This document shows, piece by piece, positions 26,886 to 34,978 of a DNA stretch of 64,000 nt. Under the pieces are notes generated by a model, which was not told the origin of the DNA, searched no databases, and saw only the letters and a list, made by a program, of their open reading frames with translations. This stretch comes from an uncultured Bifidobacteriaceae bacterium (lineage in GTDB: Bacteria > Verrucomicrobiota > Verrucomicrobiia > Limisphaerales > UBA11358), in NCBI GenBank assembly GCA_964475285.1, contig CAYYWB010000001.1:6529-70528 (forward strand), in the 5' to 3' direction. Position 1 is the stretch's first letter. Each line of letters begins with the position of its first letter. The position numbers and the translations under genes are program-made.

Positions 26886-28196
26886 TTAGGGCAAATTCTT
26901 CACGGCTTCATTCTTTTCCGTGGATTTTGAATCCATCCAGAGATTCAGCTTATCCTCAATGACGGCGCGCGGCATGGCAAAGCGTTGCCGCGACAGGGCG
27001 ACAAGCTTGTCCCGCCGCCCGATGCGGTTTTCAAGTGGCGGTAGCATTTTCGCCCGGAATGGTTCCTGGTTGGTCCCGTCCTCAAGCAACTTCACCGCCG
27101 CCTCATATCGCTCAAGATCGGCAAGGGCAGAGGCCGTGAATGTCTTGCCGAATTCCTTTTCCATCACCTCCGCATCCGCATAGCCAATGCGGAACGCGAT
27201 CAAGGTTCCGACATTGCCAAATACCGCCTGCCGCACCGGTGGCGAAAGCTGCTCAACGTATTGATGGGAAAGCGTCAGGCACAACCGATACTTGCGGGCT
27301 TCCGCCAGAATTGACGCAAACGCATCCGTGGAAAAGTTCTGAAACTCGTCAATGAACAGGTAGAAGTCGCGGCGTTTGTCTTCCGGCTGATCCGACCGCG
27401 CCATTGCGCCAAGCTGGAATTGCGTCACCAAAAGGGAGCCAAGCAGATTCGCCTTGTCGTGGCCAAGCTGGCCTTTGGACAGGTTGGCGACGAACAGCCG
27501 GCCGTTGTCCATGATGAAGCGGATGTTCACTTTGGCTTTTACCTGCCCCAGAATGTTGCGAACGACGGGATTCAATAGGAACTGGCCGATTTTGTTCTGG
27601 ATCGGCGCGATGGCCTCCCGTTGGAAACGTTCGTCATAATTCTCATATTCCTCCGCCCAAAATGCCCGGATGAACGGGTCTTTGATCTGCCGGACCACCT
27701 TGGCCCGGTATGCGTCATCCGTAAGCAGCCGGTTGACGCCCAAAAGAGTGGCGTTCCGGCAGTCCAAAAGGGCAGACACGGCGTTGTAGAGGATGTATTC
27801 CAGCCGTGGCCCCCAGGAATCGCGCCAGATGCCCTTGAAGGCGCTCACAATGCCGGATGCCACAAGGTGCCGATCATCCGGCGCCACATTGCCAATGACG
27901 TTCAATCCGGTGGGGAATTCAAGGTCGCCGGGATTGAAATACACCAAATGGTCGGCTCGCTTCGGCGGAATATGATTCAACAACTCCTCGGCCAAGTCCC
28001 CGTGGGGGTCAATGACGCCAACGCCATGTCCAAGGGCGATGTGCTGCAAAATCAAGTTTCGTAGCAATGTTGTCTTGCCGGAGCCGGTTTTGCCGATGAT
28101 GTAGAGGTGCTGGCGCTGATCTTTGGCAGATATGCCAAAGCGCCGGGATTCGCCCCAGCCTTCGCGTTCGCCAATTGTGATGGTGTGGTCGTTCAT
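26886..28196 (-). CDS. TraD/VirD4-like coupling-protein-type P-loop ATPase (no TM segment)
   Basis: Walker A GKTGSGKTT, then VIDPHGDL, Walker B FYLFIDEFQNF, and ARKYRLCLTLSHQY. The chosen start is MNDHTITIG at 28196. Confidence 0.65.
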   Translation of the reverse strand: MNDHTITIGEREGWGESRRFGISAKDQRQHLYIIGKTGSGKTTLLRNLILQHIALGHGVGVIDPHGDLAEELLNHIPPKRADHLVYFNPGDLEFPTGLNVIGNVAPDDRHLVASGIVSAFKGIWRDSWGPRLEYILYNAVSALLDCRNATLLGVNRLLTDDAYRAKVVRQIKDPFIRAFWAEEYENYDERFQREAIAPIQNKIGQFLLNPVVRNILGQVKAKVNIRFIMDNGRLFVANLSKGQLGHDKANLLGSLLVTQFQLGAMARSDQPEDKRRDFYLFIDEFQNFSTDAFASILAEARKYRLCLTLSHQYVEQLSPPVRQAVFGNVGTLIAFRIGYADAEVMEKEFGKTFTASALADLERYEAAVKLLEDGTNQEPFRAKMLPPLENRIGRRDKLVALSRQRFAMPRAVIEDKLNLWMDSKSTEKNEAVKNLP

Positions 28197-28557
28197 GGTG
28201 CCAGAACCAGCCGCCACCCCTGACACCAGACAAATCCCTGGTTGAGGTGGATTTTGCCGGTGGTTTGCCGCCGGCAGTAGTGCTGGGAGCACGCCGGGCG
28301 GGGTAATGGCGGCTGGTTTCGGAATCCGAACGGGCCGTCATCATATCACCGGCTGCGAAAAATTGGCGCGCCAACCGGCGCGGCTGTTTCATGGAAGCGC
28401 CCAGTAGGGCGGCGCTTTCTCCCTCAAGGGCGCAAGTCGTGGTGTCTTGGCCAGTATGGTCGTGGCCAAAGTAAAAGCGGTCGTCCTCCGCCTTCAGGCG
28501 AACAGGTCGCGATAGCGTGTTCCGGTCGTTGGGCGATAGCCCTTATCTTAAAACCAG

Positions 28558-28689
28558 TCCCCAACGTGTCGGCGGATATTGGCCGACTTATCGCTTTTTG
28601 GTAAAGGACAACGGCTAGTTGGCCAGCACCCGGATAGCCCGAAGGGAGAAAGCGATAAGTCGGGCGGTAGCCGACGACACGTTGGGGAG
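28558..28689. other. long imperfect hairpin inside a ~600-bp noncoding, GC-rich region (candidate oriT/ssi or structured RNA)
   Basis: CCCCAACGTGTCG..CCGACTTATCGCT (28559-28596) pairs with AGCGATAAGTCGG..CGACACGTTGGGG (28651-28687). Nearby are GCGATA(G/A) repeats, the TTGGCCA/TGGCCAA hairpin, and CCTACATAC-CAT-GTATGTAGG. Confidence 0.5.
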
Positions 28690-28801
28690 CTAGTGGTGCG
28701 GCGGTTAAGCCGTGGAAGTCAATCGTGACGGGCGTTCAGCCCCTACATACCATGTATGTAGGCCGTGATAGTGAGGCTCTTACCATTTAGTTGGTGAAAT
28801 A

Positions 28802-29254
28802 TTAAAGGAGTGGCTTTCCGTCAGCATACCAGCGGGGTGTTAATTTAGGAAGAAATGACAGCGCTAGTCCATATTGATATTGAAATTGCCGGTCGCCGGC
28901 AGGTAGACGAGTAAATTCCTTAACTTTCCGATCGTCTGCTATCTCATCGAGCTTTAGCTCGACGAGTAAGAGATTGTGCTCCGGTAAGGATTGTCCCCGA
29001 TGGTGTAGTATGATGTCAGGGCGAGTGTTTTCCGTAACGCGGCCAGTTTGGGCGTTAGTCTTTGTGTCACCTTTTTCTCCTTGTTTGTTGTATTCGCAGT
29101 CCACATTCCATCCCGGTATTTCCTGTTCCAAATATACGGCTAAACGATGGGCTATAGCCCATTCGGATACCTTAATCTCAAAAAGTTTTGAGTCACGAGC
29201 ATAGAGGGTATTAATTGCCCTTTGCATACGCGCCTTTAATTCGGGAAGATTCAT
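28802..29254 (-). CDS. small PD-(D/E)xK nuclease-fold protein (putative)
   Basis: 150 aa. RPDIILHH...NLLLVELK fits the PD...ExK spacing. It lies 13 nt downstream of the exonuclease I gene. Confidence 0.45.
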   Translation of the reverse strand: MNLPELKARMQRAINTLYARDSKLFEIKVSEWAIAHRLAVYLEQEIPGWNVDCEYNKQGEKGDTKTNAQTGRVTENTRPDIILHHRGQSLPEHNLLLVELKLDEIADDRKVKEFTRLPAGDRQFQYQYGLALSFLPKLTPRWYADGKPLL

Positions 29255-29267
29255 AGCGCAATTATGG

Positions 29268-30674
29268 TTAATTCACGTGTGCAAGTGCCTGTCTATGGCG
29301 CTCGCGAAGATACTGCTCATGTTCCCGGAGCAGTTCCAACTTCGGCCCAGACGCATCCTCTAACATTCCTTCAAGCTCCACAAGAGCCTGGGGTAAGGTC
29401 AGCCACGATATATCTTTGCCCTGCCCCAGAAGCCGCTTTGCAGAGGCCAAATTATATTCTCGGCACATAGCTTCGTCCAAAAGGTGGGGTTGTTCGAGAT
29501 GAATCAACTGCCTGCCAATCGCCCTCAAGCGCGAGTCTTGAAATTTTTCAACTATTGCACAACGCTCAGGCCATGTCGCTTCGTGGAATGCGTCCATTAG
29601 TATTTCGTCTGGCTTCTCAATAAATCCATCATAAATCTGTTTCTCTACATGAGGCGAAGGGGGATACTCCTCTTTCTGGGACTCCAAAGCAGAAATCAAC
29701 CGCTGACACAGTGCAGTATCCGTCTGAACCATGACTGCGCGGCGTTCTAATTCTTCCAAGCCACATTCCCGGCCATTGCAGATTTCCGGGGCATCTTCGG
29801 CAGGAAAAAGCATAGGTGCGGCATTGGATTTTACTCTGCGCACTGGTTTTGGTGATTCCGCAAGTCGTGTTGCGAGTTCAGCTTCGGAGAGCGATAACAA
29901 TGATTCTGGTTCAACACTCAGATCATAGACATACCATTCGGCCTTATTCTCTTGGTTCTGTCCGATTGTCGTAACAATATAGGAATAAGGTTTACCAAAG
30001 AAAAAGTCACTCACACAGAACACGCGCTCATCGTTGATGTAATCAACAACAGCAGTTTTCTTGCTGAAGCGCATGAAGGACGACCAAATATGTGGTGCTT
30101 TCTCAATGAGAAGTTTGCAGAGAAAAATTGTGGCAGCAACGTCGCCCATCGCATCGTGCGCTCGGTCATGTTTGAACCCATTGGCAGGCGCAATCTGCTC
30201 TAGTTTGAATACCCTTTGGCCATTGTCGTCGGTAGGGAATGTAAGCGCGTCAGGTGCAAAAAGACTGCACGCCTGAACAATGCGCATGACATCTGAACGA
30301 CTATTTCCGACGCTATTGGTTAGATATGGGTTGTGCAAAGTTTTGTAGAGGGCTTGACGAACCAAATCCTCGTCAAATCTTATGGAATTCCACCCAATGA
30401 ATAAAGCCGGAGACCATGACAGCAACTTTGCGCGAATGGCACGAACCATTTCATAATGAGACGGGGAGGACGGATCGGTTAGCTGAGAAACCTTCACACC
30501 CGTAACACTAATCGCGCCGGGTGCCGGAACTATATGAGGCAAGAGGCGGCAGCGAATCTCAATGCGATCAATTTCATTGAGTTTATCGTCCGTCTGAACG
30601 GCGGCAAATTGCAAAATCTGGTCAAAGAACGTTTCAGTCCCAGTGGTCTCTGTGTCGTAGAAAACGAGACTCAT
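29268..30674 (-). CDS. sbcB: exodeoxyribonuclease I (SbcB-like DEDDh 3'-5' ssDNA exonuclease)
   Basis: FYDTETTG (Exo I), GWNSIRFDEDL (Exo II) and AHDAMGDVAAT (Exo III) are collinear with E. coli ExoI as I recall it. It is 468 aa, like ExoI. Confidence 0.8.
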   Translation of the reverse strand: MSLVFYDTETTGTETFFDQILQFAAVQTDDKLNEIDRIEIRCRLLPHIVPAPGAISVTGVKVSQLTDPSSPSHYEMVRAIRAKLLSWSPALFIGWNSIRFDEDLVRQALYKTLHNPYLTNSVGNSRSDVMRIVQACSLFAPDALTFPTDDNGQRVFKLEQIAPANGFKHDRAHDAMGDVAATIFLCKLLIEKAPHIWSSFMRFSKKTAVVDYINDERVFCVSDFFFGKPYSYIVTTIGQNQENKAEWYVYDLSVEPESLLSLSEAELATRLAESPKPVRRVKSNAAPMLFPAEDAPEICNGRECGLEELERRAVMVQTDTALCQRLISALESQKEEYPPSPHVEKQIYDGFIEKPDEILMDAFHEATWPERCAIVEKFQDSRLRAIGRQLIHLEQPHLLDEAMCREYNLASAKRLLGQGKDISWLTLPQALVELEGMLEDASGPKLELLREHEQYLRERHRQALAHVN

Positions 30675-31234
30675 GGCTTGTTCGAGTTAGCCGGAGGTTG
30701 AATATGATTGCGAATCTTATACTCTAATGCCTGCTTGCTGACTCGAAATTTCTTCGCTAATTTTTCAATAGGGGCGTCGTCATCTATGTCAAATTGTTTC
30801 CCGGCCAACTCTTGTTCAATAAGCGCGCTAGGCATCAATAATTCTGCTGCAAATTGATTAGCTCGAATTTCAATCTGCTCTGTTCCGGTTGCCGAAATTG
30901 AATTACGCATTAGCACTGGAAAACCTTTATCCACATGTATGCTACTCGTAATCATGTCTCTATCATATTCGAAATGCCCTAGCTCATGCGCAATTGTAAA
31001 TCGCTGGCGATTGGGGTGATGCATCGAGTTAACCCCGATGATTGGAACTCCATCTTTAACATAAATCATTCCAGCCAATTCATCATCGAACGGCGCAAAT
31101 CGCACCTGAACACCTAATGCCTTGGCGATTTTCTCCACTGGAGTCGGCGATGACTTTATAGATAGGCTAGCAAGAAGTTCCTGTGCCTGAATATATGGAT
31201 TATCGTTTGGTGGTTTTGACATGGCCTGCATCAT
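30671..31234 (-). CDS. ImmA/IrrE-family zinc metallopeptidase (CapP-like)
   Basis: HEXXH in FTIAHELGHFEYD. It lies directly downstream of an XRE HTH gene, and its stop overlaps the ExoI start (ATGA at 30671-30674). Confidence 0.75.
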   Translation of the reverse strand: MMQAMSKPPNDNPYIQAQELLASLSIKSSPTPVEKIAKALGVQVRFAPFDDELAGMIYVKDGVPIIGVNSMHHPNRQRFTIAHELGHFEYDRDMITSSIHVDKGFPVLMRNSISATGTEQIEIRANQFAAELLMPSALIEQELAGKQFDIDDDAPIEKLAKKFRVSKQALEYKIRNHIQPPANSNKP

Positions 31235-31248
31235 TGTTTTGTTTTTGA

Positions 31249-31659
31249 TTAGTGTCTATCTGCAAAGAGATTAGCCACTTGCTTTTTCTGCTGTTCCTTC
31301 AGGTCATCAGGAACAGGCAACTCGGTGCGCTCAACCTCCAAATCATCATTTGACCGTGGCGGCAGTAGATCAAAAGGCGTCAACTTTAATGCAGCGGCGA
31401 ACTTGTAGAGATTGTGAACCAGAACGTTCTGCCGTCCAGTTTCGATGTTGGCCAGCGACCCCCTTGAAATCCGTAACGTCCTCGCCAGAGTTTCTTGCTT
31501 CAGCCCAAGTGTTTTGCGCCGAGTTTTGATTAACGCGCCAATGTGTTTATAAATTGGATCAATAATCACAGGCCAATAATAAACCCGGACAAACCGAATG
31601 TCAACGTCATACGCAATGCGTGTAATACACGCAAATATATTGCGTGCTTTGTTTGACAA
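31249..31659 (-). CDS. XRE-family HTH transcriptional regulator (CapH-like)
   Basis: The HTH is LGLKQETLARTLRISRGSLANIETGRQN. The true start may be the GTG at 31569 (MIIDPIYKHIG..), because a TTGACA-17-TATTAT promoter and palindromic operators lie inside the longer ORF. Confidence 0.7.
   Translation of the reverse strand: MSNKARNIFACITRIAYDVDIRFVRVYYWPVIIDPIYKHIGALIKTRRKTLGLKQETLARTLRISRGSLANIETGRQNVLVHNLYKFAAALKLTPFDLLPPRSNDDLEVERTELPVPDDLKEQQKKQVANLFADRH
31576..31604 (-). promoter_or_regulatory. sigma70-like promoter for the XRE/ImmA/ExoI operon
   Basis: The minus strand reads TTGACA (31604-31599), a 17-nt spacer, then TATTAT (31581-31576). Confidence 0.5.
31611..31646. promoter_or_regulatory. 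two related palindromic operators (ACGCA-A-TGCGT and CACGCAA-ATATA-TTGCGTG)
   Basis: Read directly at 31611-31621 and 31628-31646. They sit between the two divergent promoters. Confidence 0.55.
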
Positions 31660-31680
31660 AACATCCTTTTTGGTTACAAT
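31653..31680 (+). promoter_or_regulatory. sigma70-like promoter for the ubiquitin-like operon
   Basis: TTGACA (31653-31658), a 16-nt spacer, then TACAAT (31675-31680). ACAATTAAC is repeated at 31676 and 31720 in the leader. Confidence 0.5.
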
Positions 31681-31770
31681 TAACCCGTGGTCAACTTACA
31701 CGGTCCGTGTCCGCTGACGACAATTAACAATTCGCCTGCCAATGCGGCGGCGAGCAACAAAAAATATAAC

Positions 31771-32235
31771 ATGAAGCACGAAAAAGACATCCACATTGTC
31801 GTGGAAATCAAGAAAAACGACCTGCGCGAAGTGACATTCCATCATGATCGTGTCACTGGCGGGGAAGTAAAAGAATTGGCCCACGTATCTTTGGAAGAGA
31901 GGCTCTTCGTTTTCCGCAACGGAGACTTTCATCCTGTGGGCAACAACGAAACCACGATTATTAAGGACAAGGAACATTTCGTCGTCGTTCCGCACGGCGA
32001 GATCTACTACTCGGTTGATGACGAGCCGCAGTGGACGCGTGAAAAGATCCTGACGCCAAAGAAAATCATGGAGGACGCGGGAATCGACCCTGCCACGAAT
32101 TATTTGAGCGAGATAAAGGGGGACGGTCAGCCACCCGAATCTTTTAAGGACAAACCGGATGAACCCATACATATGCATGATGGAATGAAGTTTTTATCAA
32201 CCTTCGTCGGGCCAAAACCTGTATCGAATCATTAA
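31771..32235 (+). CDS. multiubiquitin-like (tandem beta-grasp) protein
   Basis: 154 aa from MKHEKDIHIVV. It has two repeats of a short beta-grasp-like pattern (..VTGGEVKELAHV.. and ..ILTPKKIMEDAGIDP..PIHMHDGMKF). It is followed by E2-like and JAB-E1 genes. Confidence 0.5.
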   Translation: MKHEKDIHIVVEIKKNDLREVTFHHDRVTGGEVKELAHVSLEERLFVFRNGDFHPVGNNETTIIKDKEHFVVVPHGEIYYSVDDEPQWTREKILTPKKIMEDAGIDPATNYLSEIKGDGQPPESFKDKPDEPIHMHDGMKFLSTFVGPKPVSNH

Positions 32236-32240
32236 TTATT

Positions 32241-32600
32241 ATGGGCAGGGATAAATTCAAACAAGGATTGGAAGACCTCAATTACCTGGTGGAGACAAAG
32301 GATGAGGACAAGGCAATCATTCCATTTGTAATTACGGCAGGTAAGTTTGCCGGTCAACAAGTTAAAGTCGGATTTCAAGTGCCAGTGGATTTTGAGATGA
32401 CTTGTCCGGGCGGCCCTCACGTATCGCCGCGCTTGATTCCAATTAATACCGGCGGTCCAGATCATTCTACGCGAGCAGCCGAAAGCCCGCAGTTTGGCCC
32501 CGAATGGGAGTATCTGAGTCGGCCATTCAACCAATGGGCTCACAAACGAACTGTAAAGCGATACATGGAATACGTGGCAGATTTGCTGAATACATTATGA
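32241..32600 (+). CDS. prokaryotic E2-like (UBC-fold) protein
   Basis: 119 aa. The candidate catalytic Cys lies in FEMTCPGGPHVSP. Its position between the Ubl and E1 genes supports the call, and its stop overlaps the E1 start (ATGA at 32597-32600). Confidence 0.45.
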   Translation: MGRDKFKQGLEDLNYLVETKDEDKAIIPFVITAGKFAGQQVKVGFQVPVDFEMTCPGGPHVSPRLIPINTGGPDHSTRAAESPQFGPEWEYLSRPFNQWAHKRTVKRYMEYVADLLNTL

Positions 32601-34102
32601 TTTACGGCGTCGCTCTTACATCAGATACGCACGAGCAACTTCGTGAACATCTCTTGCAAACCTTTGACCAAGAGGATTTGTGTTTTGCTCTCTGGTATCC
32701 AAGTAATGGAGCAACGCGCTTTTCTGCTTTAATCCACAAAGTAGTAATGCCGAAAGAGGGGGAGCGACTTCTCCATGGAAACGCTTCGGTAACTCCCGAA
32801 TACTTCAACCGTGCTTTAAACGAAGCGATGGAAAGCGGTGCCGGATTGGCTTTTTTGCATAGCCATACTGGACCTGGGTGGCAGGGTATGAGCGATGATG
32901 ATATTGATACCGAACGGGCAATGGCCGCTCAAGCAAAGGCCGCTACCAGTCTGCCTTTGGTTGGCATGACTATTGGAACGGACGGTGCATTGAGCGCGCG
33001 TTTTTGGGAAAAGGTTGGACCCAAATCATACAAACGGAAATGGTGCCACGCCGTGCGAATTGTCGGCCATGGCGGTCTTGAAGCTACATTTACAGATGAC
33101 CTTTGCCCTCCGCCGGGATTTCGAGAGGAATTGAAACGAACAATTTCTGTATGGGGAATTGAAAAGCAGCAAAAGCTTGCCCGTCTTAAAGTTGGCGTTA
33201 TCGGTGTCGGAAGTGTCGGAAGTATTGTTGCCGAGACTTTGGCACGGATGGGTATACAAGAAATCACTCTCATTGATTTTGACGTTGTTGAAAAACACAA
33301 CCTCGACCGCCTTCTTCATGCGACACAAGAGGATTACCTAAAAAAGCATCTGAAAGTTGACGTTTTGAAGGATGCCTTGAAAAAGAGTGCAACTGCTGAA
33401 CATTTTACCATAAAACCAATTCCGTGTAGCGTTACGGAAGAAGACGGATTTCGCGAAGCATTGGATTGTGACGTTTTGTTTAGTTGCGTCGACCGGCCTT
33501 GGGCGCGTTATATTTTGAATCTTATTGCCTATGCTCATTTGATTCCTGTAGTCGATGGTGGAATTGCAGTCCATACAAAGCCGAACGGCGATTTGCGTGG
33601 AGCGGATTGGCAGGCCCACATTGCGTGTCCGACCCGCAGGTGTTTGGAATGTTTGGGGCAATACGATTCGGGCTACATTGAAACGGAAAGGAGGGGTGAT
33701 TTGGATAACCCGTCGTACATCCAATCCCTGGCGCGGGATCATGTGCTTAAGCGAAATGAAAATGTTTTTCCGTTCAGCTCAAATCTCGCGTCGCTTGAAG
33801 TGTTGCAGATGCTCTCAATGGTTATCGCCCCATTTGAAATTTCAGACGTAGGAACACAACATTTCCACTTTGTTCCAGGAATAATGGATGTTGAGCATCT
33901 CGGAATTTGTCACAATTATTGCCTATTTCCGGGCCTGACTGCAAAAGGTGATAAGTGCGGATACCTGGCTACGGGTGAGCACCCGAAAGCTCGTGAAATT
34001 AGGCAGCAGCAGGCTGCTTCACAAAAAAGAATTTTGCCGCGCATAATATCAGCAGTGCGGCGATTTGCAGACAAAATAAAATATAAAATAAAAAAACCAT
34101 GA
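32597..34102 (+). CDS. JAB/MPN deubiquitinase-like domain fused to ThiF/E1-like adenylating enzyme
   Basis: The JAMM-like motif is FLHSHTGPGWQGMSDDD. The E1 Rossmann signature is VGVIGVGSVGSIVAETLARMG..DFDVVEKHNLDRL, followed by Cys clusters (CPTRRCLECL). Confidence 0.7.
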   Translation: MIYGVALTSDTHEQLREHLLQTFDQEDLCFALWYPSNGATRFSALIHKVVMPKEGERLLHGNASVTPEYFNRALNEAMESGAGLAFLHSHTGPGWQGMSDDDIDTERAMAAQAKAATSLPLVGMTIGTDGALSARFWEKVGPKSYKRKWCHAVRIVGHGGLEATFTDDLCPPPGFREELKRTISVWGIEKQQKLARLKVGVIGVGSVGSIVAETLARMGIQEITLIDFDVVEKHNLDRLLHATQEDYLKKHLKVDVLKDALKKSATAEHFTIKPIPCSVTEEDGFREALDCDVLFSCVDRPWARYILNLIAYAHLIPVVDGGIAVHTKPNGDLRGADWQAHIACPTRRCLECLGQYDSGYIETERRGDLDNPSYIQSLARDHVLKRNENVFPFSSNLASLEVLQMLSMVIAPFEISDVGTQHFHFVPGIMDVEHLGICHNYCLFPGLTAKGDKCGYLATGEHPKAREIRQQQAASQKRILPRIISAVRRFADKIKYKIKKP

Positions 34103-34305
34103 GTAATAAATATTATCCCAAAGGGCTTGATGGCCGCGAGCGTGACAGAGACGGCCAAATCCGTGAAAAGCGCGGCGACACTAAAGTTGGCACATTGCGG
34201 AAAGAATACGGCCATGATTTTGCCAAAGGCTACCGTTCCGACACCAAATTGGAAACGATCCGAGAAGATACCGGAAAAAGTTTAAGCCAAATCTTAAAAA
34301 AATAG
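34099..34305 (+). CDS. small basic hypothetical protein (68 aa), translationally coupled to E1
   Basis: ATGA overlap at 34099-34102. It is Lys/Arg/Asp-rich and has no recognisable motif. Confidence 0.4.
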   Translation: MSNKYYPKGLDGRERDRDGQIREKRGDTKVGTLRKEYGHDFAKGYRSDTKLETIREDTGKSLSQILKK

Positions 34306-34390
34306 GTTGATAAACAAGTTCCGCCGGCAGACCGGTTTGTCCGCCCGTGAATCACGCGCCACGTTTCGTGCGAACAGCAAATTACAATAT

Positions 34391-34693
34391 ATGGAAAATT
34401 TCAGCATTGAGCGAGCTGGCATTGCCAACCTCGATTTTACCGGTGAATTGATCGGTCAGAGCAGCGGCCCGACGCCACGGATAAAGATTTACCGCACCAA
34501 AGCCAACAAGTATGTCGGCGAGATGAGCGCCAATCTGAAGATGGCACAGGCGCAGCACTTCGACAATCCGACGGTTTTGATCAATTGGTTCAAAAACACC
34601 GCTGGCATCACCGGCGAGATCCAAGACGCCATTGAGGACGCCGCGAAGAATGACGAGGCGTTCAAAGCGGCGTGGAACGAGCATGTGGATTAA
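34391..34693 (+). CDS. hypothetical protein (100 aa)
   Basis: ATG at 34391 (MENFSIERAG..). The track ORF starts at a TTG at 34307. Confidence 0.35.
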   Translation: MENFSIERAGIANLDFTGELIGQSSGPTPRIKIYRTKANKYVGEMSANLKMAQAQHFDNPTVLINWFKNTAGITGEIQDAIEDAAKNDEAFKAAWNEHVD

Positions 34694-34701
34694 ACCGATA
34701 T

Positions 34702-34923
34702 ATGAAAACATCAACTTTGATATTTATCTGTATAATCGCTGTCATGGCGGCGTATGTATTGGGACGGTATATTGAACGGCTCACTACGGTTCAGGGCGAA
34801 GTGGGCGACCTAAAAATGCGGGTGGTCAAATTGGAGAACCACAAAATGCGCGGTGAAGTGCGCTGGGAATGGTTTTATCGTATCGCCTCACATATTCCGG
34901 TTGTGAGAGGTCTTTTACGCTGA
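34702..34923 (+). CDS. small single-pass membrane protein (73 aa)
   Basis: MKTSTLIFICIIAVMAAYVLG is a hydrophobic helix, followed by a coiled-coil-like segment. Confidence 0.35.
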   Translation: MKTSTLIFICIIAVMAAYVLGRYIERLTTVQGEVGDLKMRVVKLENHKMRGEVRWEWFYRIASHIPVVRGLLR

Positions 34924-34978
34924 TGACAAATATGTCGGGTCAATATCTATTTAACTCAATCAACAACTCCTAAAACAT

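Noticed and set aside
28009-28392. A 127-aa minus-strand ORF overlaps the start of the coupling-ATPase gene and runs into the structured region.
   Set aside because: It is out of frame with, and overlaps, the well-supported ATPase gene. Its Arg/Pro/Gly-rich composition suggests a spurious ORF.
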